Source of the DNA: an uncultured Clostridia bacterium
Lineage (GTDB): Bacteria > Bacillota > Clostridia > Peptostreptococcales > Anaerovoracaceae
Direction: 5' to 3'
DNA: 64,000 bases
NCBI GenBank assembly: GCA_938034165.1
Contig: CALHKP010000038.1
Coordinates: 6,029 to 70,028, forward strand
Below the pieces are notes generated by a model, which searched no databases, was not told the DNA's origin, and saw only the letters and a list, made by a program, of their open reading frames with translations. The position numbers were made by a program, and so were the translations under genes. Of this stretch, positions 49,431-58,483 are shown piece by piece (positions within the stretch are counted from its first letter, which is position 1; the number at the start of each line of letters is the position of its first letter).

Positions 49431-50201
49431 TTACAGTTCAAAGTCATCAGCCAAAACAGGAGCATCATATATAAATGCAGGCATCAGTTCTAGCTTAAAC
49501 TTATTCCATCTTCTCTTGTTGTCGATTTTTTTCTTTGTTTCTTCATCCTCACATACGCCTGTTCTGATATATCTGTCAAGAGCGGCATATGTAAATCCGA
49601 GATTCTGCTCATCTGTCAGTCCCGAAAGACCATCAATCGGAGTTTTGTTTACAAGATTTTCCGGAAGCTTCAGTTCAGTTCCCACAGCTTTTACTTCTTG
49701 AACAGTCAGCTTGGAAAGTGGGCTGAAGTCCCCTGCCATATCTCCGTACCTTGTTGAATAGCCAACCCAGTCTTCCGAAAGATTACATGTATTTGCAACC
49801 CTTCCGTTCATTGACTGAGCAACTGCATATACCATAGTCATTCTCAGTCTCGCAGGAAGATTAGTTCTTGTCTGCTTGCTCAATTCACAGTCAAGATTCT
49901 CATCAAGTTGCCTGATTGCGGCATCAAATGCCTCTTTTATATTTATTATCGTATATTTGATTCCAAGGTGTTTTACCAACTGTAGGGAAGCGTCAATATC
50001 TGCCTGCTCACCATTAGGAAGAAGCACTCCGAACACTCTATCCTTGCCGAGAGCCTCTGCACAAAGTCCCGCAACTACAGAACTGTCCTTGCCACCACTG
50101 ATTGCAACAACTGCATTGCAGTTACTTCCGTTTTTATCAAAAAAATCTCTAATCCATAATACACATTCATCTTTTACTTTTTTTGCGTCAAAACTATACA
50201 C
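49431..50201 (-). CDS. nadE: Ammonia-dependent NAD+ synthetase
   Basis: Contains the PP-loop SGGKDSSV. The ORF-track start (50216) is a TTG. A GTG at 50201 lies 8 nt after GGAGG and gives (M)YSFDAKKVKDE.., which I prefer. Confidence 0.88.
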   Translation of the reverse strand: MYSFDAKKVKDECVLWIRDFFDKNGSNCNAVVAISGGKDSSVVAGLCAEALGKDRVFGVLLPNGEQADIDASLQLVKHLGIKYTIINIKEAFDAAIRQLDENLDCELSKQTRTNLPARLRMTMVYAVAQSMNGRVANTCNLSEDWVGYSTRYGDMAGDFSPLSKLTVQEVKAVGTELKLPENLVNKTPIDGLSGLTDEQNLGFTYAALDRYIRTGVCEDEETKKKIDNKRRWNKFKLELMPAFIYDAPVLADDFEL

Positions 50202-50326
50202 CTGATAAACCTCCAAGCTGTACTTTATATTCTTTCTGATTTAACATACTTTGAAAGTATAACATATCATAATGTAAAACTATATATATTTTTTGTGAAA
50301 AAAACAAGAAAACAGTGTCAAAATAG

Positions 50327-50354
50327 GTGTCAGAAAACTTTTTTGTGGTAAAAT
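50327..50354 (+). promoter_or_regulatory. Candidate promoter of the hyd maturation operon
   Basis: GTGTCA (50327-50332), a 16-bp spacer, then the extended -10 TGgTAAAAT (50346-50354). A second GTGTCA lies 12 nt upstream. Confidence 0.4.
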
Positions 50355-50400
50355 ATATCGTGTATACATTAAAAAAAGAACTTATCAGACGAGGTAACTT

Positions 50401-50643
50401 ATGAAAAACAAAGTGGCAATAATATCAATAATAGTAAAAGATACAACACTTGCTGAAGAAGTCAACAGCCATCTTCACAATTACAGAGAATATGTAATCG
50501 GAAGAATGGGACTTCCCTATCGCGAAAAAGACATGAATATAATCTGCGTTGCTCTCGATGCTCCGTCAGATGTTCTCAATGCTCTAGCCGGAAAACTCGG
50601 AGCTATAGACGGAGTAAAAAGCAAAGTAATATACGGAGAATAG
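50401..50643 (+). CDS. TM1266-family putative iron-only hydrogenase system regulator (ACT/NikR-C-like)
   Basis: 80 aa (MKNKVAIISIIVKD...VIGRMGLPYRE..NIICVALDAP...L..KLG...GV), located immediately upstream of hydE, hydG and hydF. Confidence 0.75.
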   Translation: MKNKVAIISIIVKDTTLAEEVNSHLHNYREYVIGRMGLPYREKDMNIICVALDAPSDVLNALAGKLGAIDGVKSKVIYGE

Positions 50644-50645
50644 AC

Positions 50646-51701
50646 ATGAAGCTAAAAATGATAGATGCCATTGACAAACTGGCTGATTCACAAATGCCGG
50701 ATGATAATATACTTTCAAGACTGATAATTACAGAAGACACAGATGTCTTAAACTACCTGACAGAAACTGCCGTCAGAAAGAGAAAAGAAGTTTACGGAAA
50801 CACAATATATATACGAGGCCTTATTGAATTTACAAACATCTGCAAAAATAACTGCTATTACTGCGGAATAAGAGCATCTTCCGGACATATCCAAAGATAC
50901 CGACTTACCCCTGACGAAATTCTTGATTGTTGTGAAAATGGATACAATCTGGGGTTTCGCACCTTTGTTCTTCAGGGAGGAGAAGATCTCTTCTGGAACG
51001 ACGATAATCTCACAGAACTCGTAAGAAAGATAAGATCAAAGTATCCGGACTGTGCAATAACCCTTTCTGTAGGCGAAAGATCAAGGGAAAGCTATGAGAA
51101 ACTCTTTGAGGCTGGTGCAGACAGATATCTGCTCCGCCATGAATCTGCAACAAAGTCTCATTACGAACAGCTTCATCCTGCGGAAATGAATTATGAAAAC
51201 AGAATCCGGGCGCTTCTGGATTTAAAAGAAATCGGATATCAGACCGGTTGTGGATTTATGGTGGGCTCACCTTACCAGACTATATCTCACCTGATTGCGG
51301 ACCTCAAATTCATAAAAAAATTTGAGCCTGCGATGGTTGGAATAGGCCCTTTTATACCGGCCTCAAAAACTCCTTTTGCAAGGGAACCCCGCGGATCGGC
51401 AGCCCTTACAGTCAGATTGCTTTCCATAATCAGAATTATGATACCTTCTGTACTTTTGCCGGCCACTACAGCTCTCGGAACGGTTTCTTCTGACGGCAGA
51501 ACCAGGGGAATCCTTGCAGGTGCAAATGTTATCATGCCTAACCTCTCACCGGGAGGAGTCAGAAAAAAATATTCAATATATGACAATAAGCTAAACACAG
51601 GCTGTGAAGCCGCTGAACAGATAGAAAAACTAGCCACTTCAATGAAAGAAATCGGCTACGAAATTGCTGTAGATCGCGGAGATAATCCCGATTACAAATA
51701 A
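50646..51701 (+). CDS. hydE: [FeFe]-hydrogenase H-cluster radical SAM maturase HydE
   Basis: 351 aa, biotin-synthase-like, with the CKNNCYYCGIR motif (CxxxCxxC). Confidence 0.9.
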   Translation: MKLKMIDAIDKLADSQMPDDNILSRLIITEDTDVLNYLTETAVRKRKEVYGNTIYIRGLIEFTNICKNNCYYCGIRASSGHIQRYRLTPDEILDCCENGYNLGFRTFVLQGGEDLFWNDDNLTELVRKIRSKYPDCAITLSVGERSRESYEKLFEAGADRYLLRHESATKSHYEQLHPAEMNYENRIRALLDLKEIGYQTGCGFMVGSPYQTISHLIADLKFIKKFEPAMVGIGPFIPASKTPFAREPRGSAALTVRLLSIIRIMIPSVLLPATTALGTVSSDGRTRGILAGANVIMPNLSPGGVRKKYSIYDNKLNTGCEAAEQIEKLATSMKEIGYEIAVDRGDNPDYK

Positions 51702-51754
51702 ATCAAAACTGCTGACGGGAAAGATTCATCTGACCCGAAAGAAAGGAAAAAATT

Positions 51755-53185
51755 ATGTACAACCCAAAATCATTACATGCAGAAGAATTCATCTCCCATG
51801 ATGAGATTCTAGAAACTCTTGCCTATGCGCAGGAAAACAAGGACAACAGAGAACTCGTAGATCAGATTCTCGAAAAGGCATACAAAGAAAAAGGAATTGA
51901 CCATAAGGAAGCTTCCGTTCTGCTTGCTTGCGAATACGAAGATGTTCTTGAGAAAATCTTTGCTCTTGCACAGAAAATAAAAAAAGATTTCTATGGAAAC
52001 AGAATCGTAATGTTTGCGCCTCTGTATCTTTCCAACTACTGCGTAAATGGATGTGTTTACTGTCCCTATCATCATCAAAACAAACACATTTCAAGAAAAA
52101 AGCTTACACAGGAAGAAATCAAACAGGAAGTTATCGCACTTCAGGATATGGGTCACAAGAGACTTGCCCTAGAGGCCGGCGAAGACCCTGTTAACAATCC
52201 GATAGAATATATCCTCGAATCAATCAAAACAATCTATTCTATCAAGCATAAGAACGGTGCAATAAGAAGAGTTAATGTAAATATAGCAGCAACTACCGTA
52301 GAAGAGTATCGTATGTTAAAAGAAGCCGGAATCGGCACATACATACTTTTCCAAGAAACATATAACAAAGAAAAATATGAAGAGCTTCACCTTGTTGGAC
52401 CTAAGCACAACTACAACTGGCATACAGAAGCTATGGATAGAGCAATGGAAGGTGGCATAGATGACGTAGGCCTTGGTGTTCTCTTTGGTCTTGATACATA
52501 TAGCTATGAACTTGCCGGACTTCTTATGCATGCAGAACATCTCGAAGCAGTTCACGGTGTCGGCCCTCACACAATCAGTGTTCCAAGAGTAAGACCTGCT
52601 GACGATATCGATCCTGCTGACTTTGATGCAGGTGTTGACGGTGGACTTACTGATGACATGTTTGCAAAGATTATTGCAATAATAAGAATTGCGGTTCCTT
52701 ATACAGGGATGATTATGTCAACAAGAGAAAGCAAAGAAATGAGAGACAGAGGACTTCATATAGGTATTTCTCAGATTAGCGGTGCTTCCAAAACAAGCGT
52801 AGGCGGATATGTTGAACCTGAAGCAGAAGACGACAATTCAGCTCAGTTTGATGTAAATGATAACCGTACCCTCGATGAAGTTGTAAGATGGCTCATGGAG
52901 CTTGGCTACATTCCAAGTTTCTGTACAGCTTGCTATAGAGAAGGACGTACAGGTGACAGATTCATGTCCCTTTGCAAGAGCGGACAGATTCAGAACTGCT
53001 GTCACCCAAATGCGTTGATGACTCTCAAAGAATACCTTGTGGATTATGCTTCAGAAGAAACTCTTGAAATAGGCGAAAAGGTTATCGCAGATTCACTCAA
53101 AGACATTCCAAAAGAAAAGGTTCGTAAAATTGCAGAAGAATATATAAAAGAAATTGAAAACGGAAAACGTGATTTCAGATTCTAG
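51755..53185 (+). CDS. hydG: [FeFe]-hydrogenase H-cluster radical SAM maturase HydG
   Basis: 476 aa, ThiH-like, with CVNGCVYCPY and the C-terminal auxiliary cluster motif CTACYR...(x22)..C. Confidence 0.9.
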   Translation: MYNPKSLHAEEFISHDEILETLAYAQENKDNRELVDQILEKAYKEKGIDHKEASVLLACEYEDVLEKIFALAQKIKKDFYGNRIVMFAPLYLSNYCVNGCVYCPYHHQNKHISRKKLTQEEIKQEVIALQDMGHKRLALEAGEDPVNNPIEYILESIKTIYSIKHKNGAIRRVNVNIAATTVEEYRMLKEAGIGTYILFQETYNKEKYEELHLVGPKHNYNWHTEAMDRAMEGGIDDVGLGVLFGLDTYSYELAGLLMHAEHLEAVHGVGPHTISVPRVRPADDIDPADFDAGVDGGLTDDMFAKIIAIIRIAVPYTGMIMSTRESKEMRDRGLHIGISQISGASKTSVGGYVEPEAEDDNSAQFDVNDNRTLDEVVRWLMELGYIPSFCTACYREGRTGDRFMSLCKSGQIQNCCHPNALMTLKEYLVDYASEETLEIGEKVIADSLKDIPKEKVRKIAEEYIKEIENGKRDFRF

Positions 53186-53195
53186 GTGATGGATT

Positions 53196-54422
53196 ATGGC
53201 AAATAGTTTAAATAGCACGCCAAATGCAAACAGAATACAGATAAGCTTCTTTGGTCGCAGAAATGCCGGAAAATCAAGTGTTGTCAATGCTCTTACAGGT
53301 CAGCCGGTTTCTATAGTATCCGATACAAAAGGAACTACCACCGATCCCGTAAGCAAATCCATGGAAATACTTCCAATCGGTCCCGTCAATATAATTGATA
53401 CAGCCGGAATCGACGACGAGGGAGAAATCGGCAGTGCAAGAATCAGCCGCTCTTTGAGAATTCTCGCAAAGACAGATATTGCAGTGCTTGTAGTTGATTC
53501 AACTCTTGAAATTTCAGATTACGAAATAAATCTGATAGAAAAATTCCAAAAGAGAAACATTCCGTTTATCTTGCTTTTGAACAAAACCGATCTTCTAGGC
53601 TCTGATTTTGAAAATGCAAAACATGCCTTTGATAAATTAGCAAAAGAGCTAGGCTGCCCTGCCGTGTACTTTTCGGCAGTTTCCAAAGAAGGCATTAATG
53701 AGTTAAAAAAAGCAATTATAGAAGTTTGTGGAAATCAAAAGGATAAATCACTTCTCGGTGATGTTTTGTCACCTGACAAAATGGTAATTTTGGTTACACC
53801 AATTGATGAATCAGCACCGAAAGGGAGACTTATCCTTCCACAAGTTCAGACAATCAGAGATATCCTAGACTCCCACTGTATGTGTGCAGTGGTTCAATTT
53901 GAGCAGCTGCAAGACGCACTTGCTCTTTTAAAAGAACCTCCATTTGCAGTGGTTACAGACAGCCAGATTTTTGACAAAGTCAAAGAAGAGGTTCCTGATA
54001 ATATCTATCTCACATCCTTTTCTATTCTGTTCGCCAGATTCAAAGGAATTCTGGACACTGCAGCAGAAGGTGCATTTTATGCGGATAAGCTTCAGACCGG
54101 AGATACTGTCCTTATTTCAGAAGGTTGCACTCATCATAGACAATGCAATGATATAGGAACCGTTAAACTTCCTTCGTGGATAGAAAAATTCTGCGGCAAA
54201 AAACTAAATTTTGAATTTACATCGGGCGGGGATTTCCCTGAAGATTTGAGCAAATTCAGCCTTATAGTCCATTGCGGCGGGTGCATGCTCAACGAAAAAG
54301 AAATGGAATACCGCATGAGTTGTGCGAAACTGCAGGATATTCCATTTACAAATTACGGAATCCTGATAGCTCATATGAACGGAATCCTGAGAAGAAGTCT
54401 GAAAATCTTCGAAAAAAAATAA
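53196..54422 (+). CDS. hydF: [FeFe]-hydrogenase H-cluster maturation GTPase HydF
   Basis: Contains the P-loop GRRNAGKSS, DTAG and NKTD. C-terminal cluster ligands are CTHH...HCGGC. Confidence 0.9.
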   Translation: MANSLNSTPNANRIQISFFGRRNAGKSSVVNALTGQPVSIVSDTKGTTTDPVSKSMEILPIGPVNIIDTAGIDDEGEIGSARISRSLRILAKTDIAVLVVDSTLEISDYEINLIEKFQKRNIPFILLLNKTDLLGSDFENAKHAFDKLAKELGCPAVYFSAVSKEGINELKKAIIEVCGNQKDKSLLGDVLSPDKMVILVTPIDESAPKGRLILPQVQTIRDILDSHCMCAVVQFEQLQDALALLKEPPFAVVTDSQIFDKVKEEVPDNIYLTSFSILFARFKGILDTAAEGAFYADKLQTGDTVLISEGCTHHRQCNDIGTVKLPSWIEKFCGKKLNFEFTSGGDFPEDLSKFSLIVHCGGCMLNEKEMEYRMSCAKLQDIPFTNYGILIAHMNGILRRSLKIFEKK

Positions 54423-54458
54423 ATCTATAGACCCCAAAACACAAAATAATCTATAACG

Positions 54459-54495
54459 AAAAAATGGCAGTAACCCGAGTTACCGCCATTTTTTC
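54459..54495. terminator. Bidirectional intrinsic terminator after hydF
   Basis: A6, then stem AAUGGCAGUAAC/GUUACCGCCAUU (54463-54474 pairs with 54479-54490, one mismatch), then U5. Confidence 0.75.
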
Positions 54496-54653
54496 TTTTC
54501 TCTCCATCCCAATGCTTGAGCTTATGACTTTTTCTTGTAAGTAGTCACTTTAAAAATTTCTTCTGAACTGTTCTTACTCACCATTATACATATTTTTGAA
54601 TGATTGTCACTGACACAAGTGTCAGTAAGAGCGTAAAATATGCAAATTTTTCC

Positions 54654-54707
54654 AAAAAAATGAGACGTCCCCATTAACGTTACATTTCCGTTAAAGGGAC
54701 TGTCTCA
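54654..54707 (-). terminator. Intrinsic terminator after the TIGR01440-family gene
   Basis: A long hairpin at 54661-54707 (UGAGACAGUCCC.../...GGGACGUCUCA with inner UUAACG/CGUUAA), followed on the minus strand by U7 (plus-strand A-run at 54654-54660). Confidence 0.75.
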
Positions 54708-54713
54708 TGGCTA

Positions 54714-55283
54714 TTACCTTTTTATGTCGCCGCCTGAAAGGTGAATATCATATACAGCTCTTTCTCCGCCTATGAATTTAGGTCTTGTTCTTGCGCATAC
54801 AACATTTGCTTCGCCTATTTTCTTTGTTGCAATTCTAACAGGCACTGCTACCTTTTTCAGGTGCATGCCTATCAAAGTATCTCCGATATCCATACCTGCT
54901 GTCGCTTTAATTTCTTCTACAGCAACAGGATGCTTAGCATTCTGATATACAGTCATGGCAAAAGAGCCGCCGGCATGCATCTGTGGTACAACGTTTACGA
55001 TTTCTGTACCCGGAAGAAGTGCATCCTTCTCTACGATTACAGCTCTGTTCAAGTGTTCGCAGCACTGCGCAGCAAGGTAAATTCCACGCTCTGATAAAAC
55101 AGGGTAAACCGCATCATATACAGCTTTTGCTGCATTGATATCAGAGTCCTTTCCAATATGAGCACCTTTGATCTCGCTGGATGAGCAGCCTATGATAAAA
55201 ATATCACCTTTTTCGATATGTGCTTTTTCCAGTAATTCCAAAACTGCTTCGTGAGCTTCTTTGTAAATGCTTTCGTATGTCAT
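54714..55283 (-). CDS. TIGR01440 / UPF0340 family protein
   Basis: ..GDIFIIGCSSSEI.G..IG......A..V......L...GIYLAAQCCEHLNRA.. matches the family. I trimmed the GTG ORF start (55292) to the ATG at 55283, preceded by AGGGGTGA. Confidence 0.8.
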   Translation of the reverse strand: MTYESIYKEAHEAVLELLEKAHIEKGDIFIIGCSSSEIKGAHIGKDSDINAAKAVYDAVYPVLSERGIYLAAQCCEHLNRAVIVEKDALLPGTEIVNVVPQMHAGGSFAMTVYQNAKHPVAVEEIKATAGMDIGDTLIGMHLKKVAVPVRIATKKIGEANVVCARTRPKFIGGERAVYDIHLSGGDIKR

Positions 55284-55294
55284 ATAAATCACCC

Positions 55295-56551
55295 CTATTC
55301 TGACAAATCCCAGCTGTTTAAATATTTTTTCTGTTCATCAGTAAGCTCGTCAATTTCGATTCCCCATGCAGCAAGTTTTCTTCTTGCTATCAAGTCATCT
55401 ATATTTTCGCTTACATCGATTACATGCTTATCAAGCTTTTCGTGATTTTCTTTTATGTAAAGTGCTGAAAGGAACTGAACAGCAAAGCTCAAATCCATGA
55501 TTTCTGCAGGATGTCCGTCTGCTGCAGCAATATTAACCAGCTTTCCTTCACCTATAACATTTACAACTTTTCCGTTTTCTAATGTATATGCTATAATATT
55601 TGCTCTTGCTTCAGCCTTGTCTTTGCATTTTGCCTCAAGGTCAGCCATATCAATTTCGCAGTTGAAATGTCCTGCATTTGCAAGAATTGCTTGGTCTTTC
55701 ATTGTCAGCATATGCTCTACAGTTATAGTTTTGCAACAGCCTGTAGCACTTACGAAAATATCTCCTAAAGGAGCCGCATCCTTCATTGGCATAACCTGAT
55801 ATCCATCCATTTTTGCTTCAATCGCTTTGATTGGATTTACTTCTGTTACGATGACATTTGCTCCCATAGCAGCAGCTCTCATTGCGATTCCTCGTCCGCA
55901 CCAGCCATAGCCCACTACGACTACTGTTTTAGCAGCAACTATAAGGTTAGTATTTCTCATAATGCTGTCCCATGTAGACTGACCTGTTCCGTATCTGTTA
56001 TCAAAGAGATGTTTGCAGTCTGCATCATTTACAGCTACCATAGGAAATTTCAGAATTCCCTGCTTGTCCATAGCCTTAAGTCTGATTACACCTGTAGTTG
56101 TTTCTTCACAGCCACCAATTACTTCTTCTCCGAGATCAGGTCTCTTTGTGTGAATCATAGTAACCAGGTCTGCACCATCGTCAATAATAATATTAGGCTT
56201 ATGTTCAAGACACATTTCTATATGTCTGTAGTATTCTTCATATGTAGCTCCGTGATATGCATATACCTTAAGTCCGTCGTCTACAAGAGCAGCTGCAACG
56301 TCATCTTGAGTTGAAAGTGAATTGCTTCCTGTGATGGCCATATCAGCACCTGCTGCAGCAAGAACTTTGCACAGATAAGCTGTCTTTGCTTCTAAATGAA
56401 CAGAAAGGGAAATTTTCATTCCGGCAAAAGGTTTAGTCTTTGAATACTCTTCCTCTATTCCTCTTAGAAGAGGCATATTGTTTTTTACCCACTGAATCTT
56501 GTTATGTCCTGATTTTGCAAGGGATAAGTCTCTTATTTCGTAATCTTTCAT
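55295..56551 (-). CDS. ahcY: Adenosylhomocysteinase
   Basis: MKDYEIRDLSLAKSGHNKIQW..., with the NAD-binding motif VVGYGWCGRG. I trimmed the GTG ORF start (56605) to the ATG at 56551, preceded by GGAGGA. Confidence 0.93.
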   Translation of the reverse strand: MKDYEIRDLSLAKSGHNKIQWVKNNMPLLRGIEEEYSKTKPFAGMKISLSVHLEAKTAYLCKVLAAAGADMAITGSNSLSTQDDVAAALVDDGLKVYAYHGATYEEYYRHIEMCLEHKPNIIIDDGADLVTMIHTKRPDLGEEVIGGCEETTTGVIRLKAMDKQGILKFPMVAVNDADCKHLFDNRYGTGQSTWDSIMRNTNLIVAAKTVVVVGYGWCGRGIAMRAAAMGANVIVTEVNPIKAIEAKMDGYQVMPMKDAAPLGDIFVSATGCCKTITVEHMLTMKDQAILANAGHFNCEIDMADLEAKCKDKAEARANIIAYTLENGKVVNVIGEGKLVNIAAADGHPAEIMDLSFAVQFLSALYIKENHEKLDKHVIDVSENIDDLIARRKLAAWGIEIDELTDEQKKYLNSWDLSE

Positions 56552-56621
56552 AAATCCTCCATCATAGTGAATGCAGCAACCGAAACGATTGCTGCATATA
56601 TACACCTTTATAAGTATTTTC

Positions 56622-58460
56622 TTATTCTACAGTAACGCTCTTTGCAAGGTTCCTTGGTTTGTCGATAGCTTCGCCTTTTTCTTTTGCAACATAATATGCA
56701 AACAGCTGAAGCGGAACTACAGAAAGAAGTGGTGAAACTTCATCAGCACATTCAGGAATATAGAATGTTTCTGTGCTTTCTGCTTCTATCTTGGTTCTGC
56801 CTTCTTTTGCAATTGATACAACATGTGCAAGTCTTGCCTTGACTTCTACGATGTTTGAATACATCTTGTCAAACAGGAAGTCCTGAGTTGCAAGTGCAAT
56901 AACAATTGTATCAGGTTCCATAAGAGCGATTGTACCATGTTTCAGCTCACCTGCCGCGATAGCAAATGAGTTAATATATGAGATTTCCTTAAGTTTAAGT
57001 GAGCCTTCGTATGCAACAGCTGAATCGATTCCTCTACCGATGAAGAATACCTGAGTTCTGTTATACAGATGCTTTGCAAGATGTTCCAGTTCAGGAGCCT
57101 TTGCTAAAACTTTTTCTACTTTTTCAGGCATAGCCTTAAGTTCATCGATTATACAATTGTAATATTCTTCTGTTACTGTTCCTCTCAAATCAGCAAGGTA
57201 AAGAGCAATCAGATACATGCATACCAACTGAGTAGTATATGCCTTTGTTGAAGCTACTGCAATTTCAGGTCCTGCCCATGTGTAGAACACGTCGTCGGAT
57301 TCTCTTGCAACCGAGCTTCCTACAACATTTACAACTGAAAGAATTCTTGCGCCCTTTGATTTCGCTTCTCTCAGAGCAGCAAGTGTATCTAATGTTTCAC
57401 CTGACTGGCTGATTGCGATAAACAAAGTGTGCTCATCGATAAACGGATCTCTGTATCTGAATTCTGAGGCAACATCCACTTCAACAGGAATTCTTGCCAT
57501 CTTTTCGATAGCATATTTTCCTACAAGACCTGCATGGTAAGCTGTTCCACATGCCACGATGTAAATCTTGTTGTAGTGTTCAAGGTCTTCTGCAGTTAAT
57601 GAAATTCCATCAAGCTTAACTTTTCCGTTTTCGTCAAGTCTTCTGAGAAGTGTTTCGCTGATTGCTTTTGGCTGTTCATGTATTTCCTTAAGCATGAAGT
57701 GATCATATCCGCCCTTTTCGGCGTCCTCAAGGCTCCATTCAATTTTCATCAACTCGTGCTTAACTTCCTGTCTATCCTTGTTGAATATTTTAACCTCATC
57801 AGGCGTACAGATGAGCATTTCGTCATTTTCGATAAGATATATATCGTTGATATATTTCAAAAGAGCCGGAATATCTGAAGCGATAAAGCTACAACCCTTT
57901 CCTACCCCTGCGATAAGAGGAGCATCTTTTCTGTATGCAACTATTTTGTCAGGTGTATCAGCTGCTATGACTCCGATTGCATATGCACCCTTCATTCTCT
58001 GGATTGCATCATAAACAGCATCTTCTAAATTTCCGCCGTTTTCGTCATAAAGCAGACCTACAAGGTGTGCAATAACTTCTGTGTCAGTTTCTGTCTTGAA
58101 GTGAACACCATGTTCTTCTATAAGTTCATTTCTGAGTTCTACGTAGTTTTCTACGATTCCGTTATGAACTACTGCTACAGTTCCTTTTTCATTTGTATGA
58201 GGATGAGCATTGATATCGGATGGCTCTCCATGTGTAGCCCATCTTGTATGACCGATTCCTGTTGTACCGTTCAGTGTTTTTCCTGCCAGCTTAGCCTGAA
58301 GGTCATCAATTCCACCCTTGCATTTTACAACATCCAGCTTTCCGTTGTCCTGAATTGCAACTCCTGCTGAGTCATATCCTCTGTATTCCAGCTTTCTTAA
58401 GCCTTCAACTATAATGCCGCATGCACTCTCATGTCCGACATATCCTACTATTCCGCACAT
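56622..58460 (-). CDS. glmS: Glutamine--fructose-6-phosphate aminotransferase (isomerizing)
   Basis: MCGIVGY N-terminal nucleophile, two SIS domains and a C-terminal ..LAKSVTVE. Confidence 0.97.
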   Translation of the reverse strand: MCGIVGYVGHESACGIIVEGLRKLEYRGYDSAGVAIQDNGKLDVVKCKGGIDDLQAKLAGKTLNGTTGIGHTRWATHGEPSDINAHPHTNEKGTVAVVHNGIVENYVELRNELIEEHGVHFKTETDTEVIAHLVGLLYDENGGNLEDAVYDAIQRMKGAYAIGVIAADTPDKIVAYRKDAPLIAGVGKGCSFIASDIPALLKYINDIYLIENDEMLICTPDEVKIFNKDRQEVKHELMKIEWSLEDAEKGGYDHFMLKEIHEQPKAISETLLRRLDENGKVKLDGISLTAEDLEHYNKIYIVACGTAYHAGLVGKYAIEKMARIPVEVDVASEFRYRDPFIDEHTLFIAISQSGETLDTLAALREAKSKGARILSVVNVVGSSVARESDDVFYTWAGPEIAVASTKAYTTQLVCMYLIALYLADLRGTVTEEYYNCIIDELKAMPEKVEKVLAKAPELEHLAKHLYNRTQVFFIGRGIDSAVAYEGSLKLKEISYINSFAIAAGELKHGTIALMEPDTIVIALATQDFLFDKMYSNIVEVKARLAHVVSIAKEGRTKIEAESTETFYIPECADEVSPLLSVVPLQLFAYYVAKEKGEAIDKPRNLAKSVTVE

Positions 58461-58483
58461 ATTATTTTACTCCTCCCAAATGT

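Noticed and set aside
54523-54585. A 20-codon minus-strand ORF (MVSKNSSEEIFKVTTYKKKS) inside the candidate sRNA
   Set aside because: Its ATG lies within the predicted -10 element, so it would be outside the transcript or leaderless. It has no RBS and no hydrophobic or Cys pattern suggestive of a toxin or bacteriocin.
56552-56621. A possible SAH riboswitch or terminator between glmS and ahcY
   Set aside because: The spacer holds only a single 9-bp hairpin (56571-56579 pairs with 56589-56597) without a U-tract. It is too short, and it lacks the pseudoknotted architecture of SAH riboswitches.
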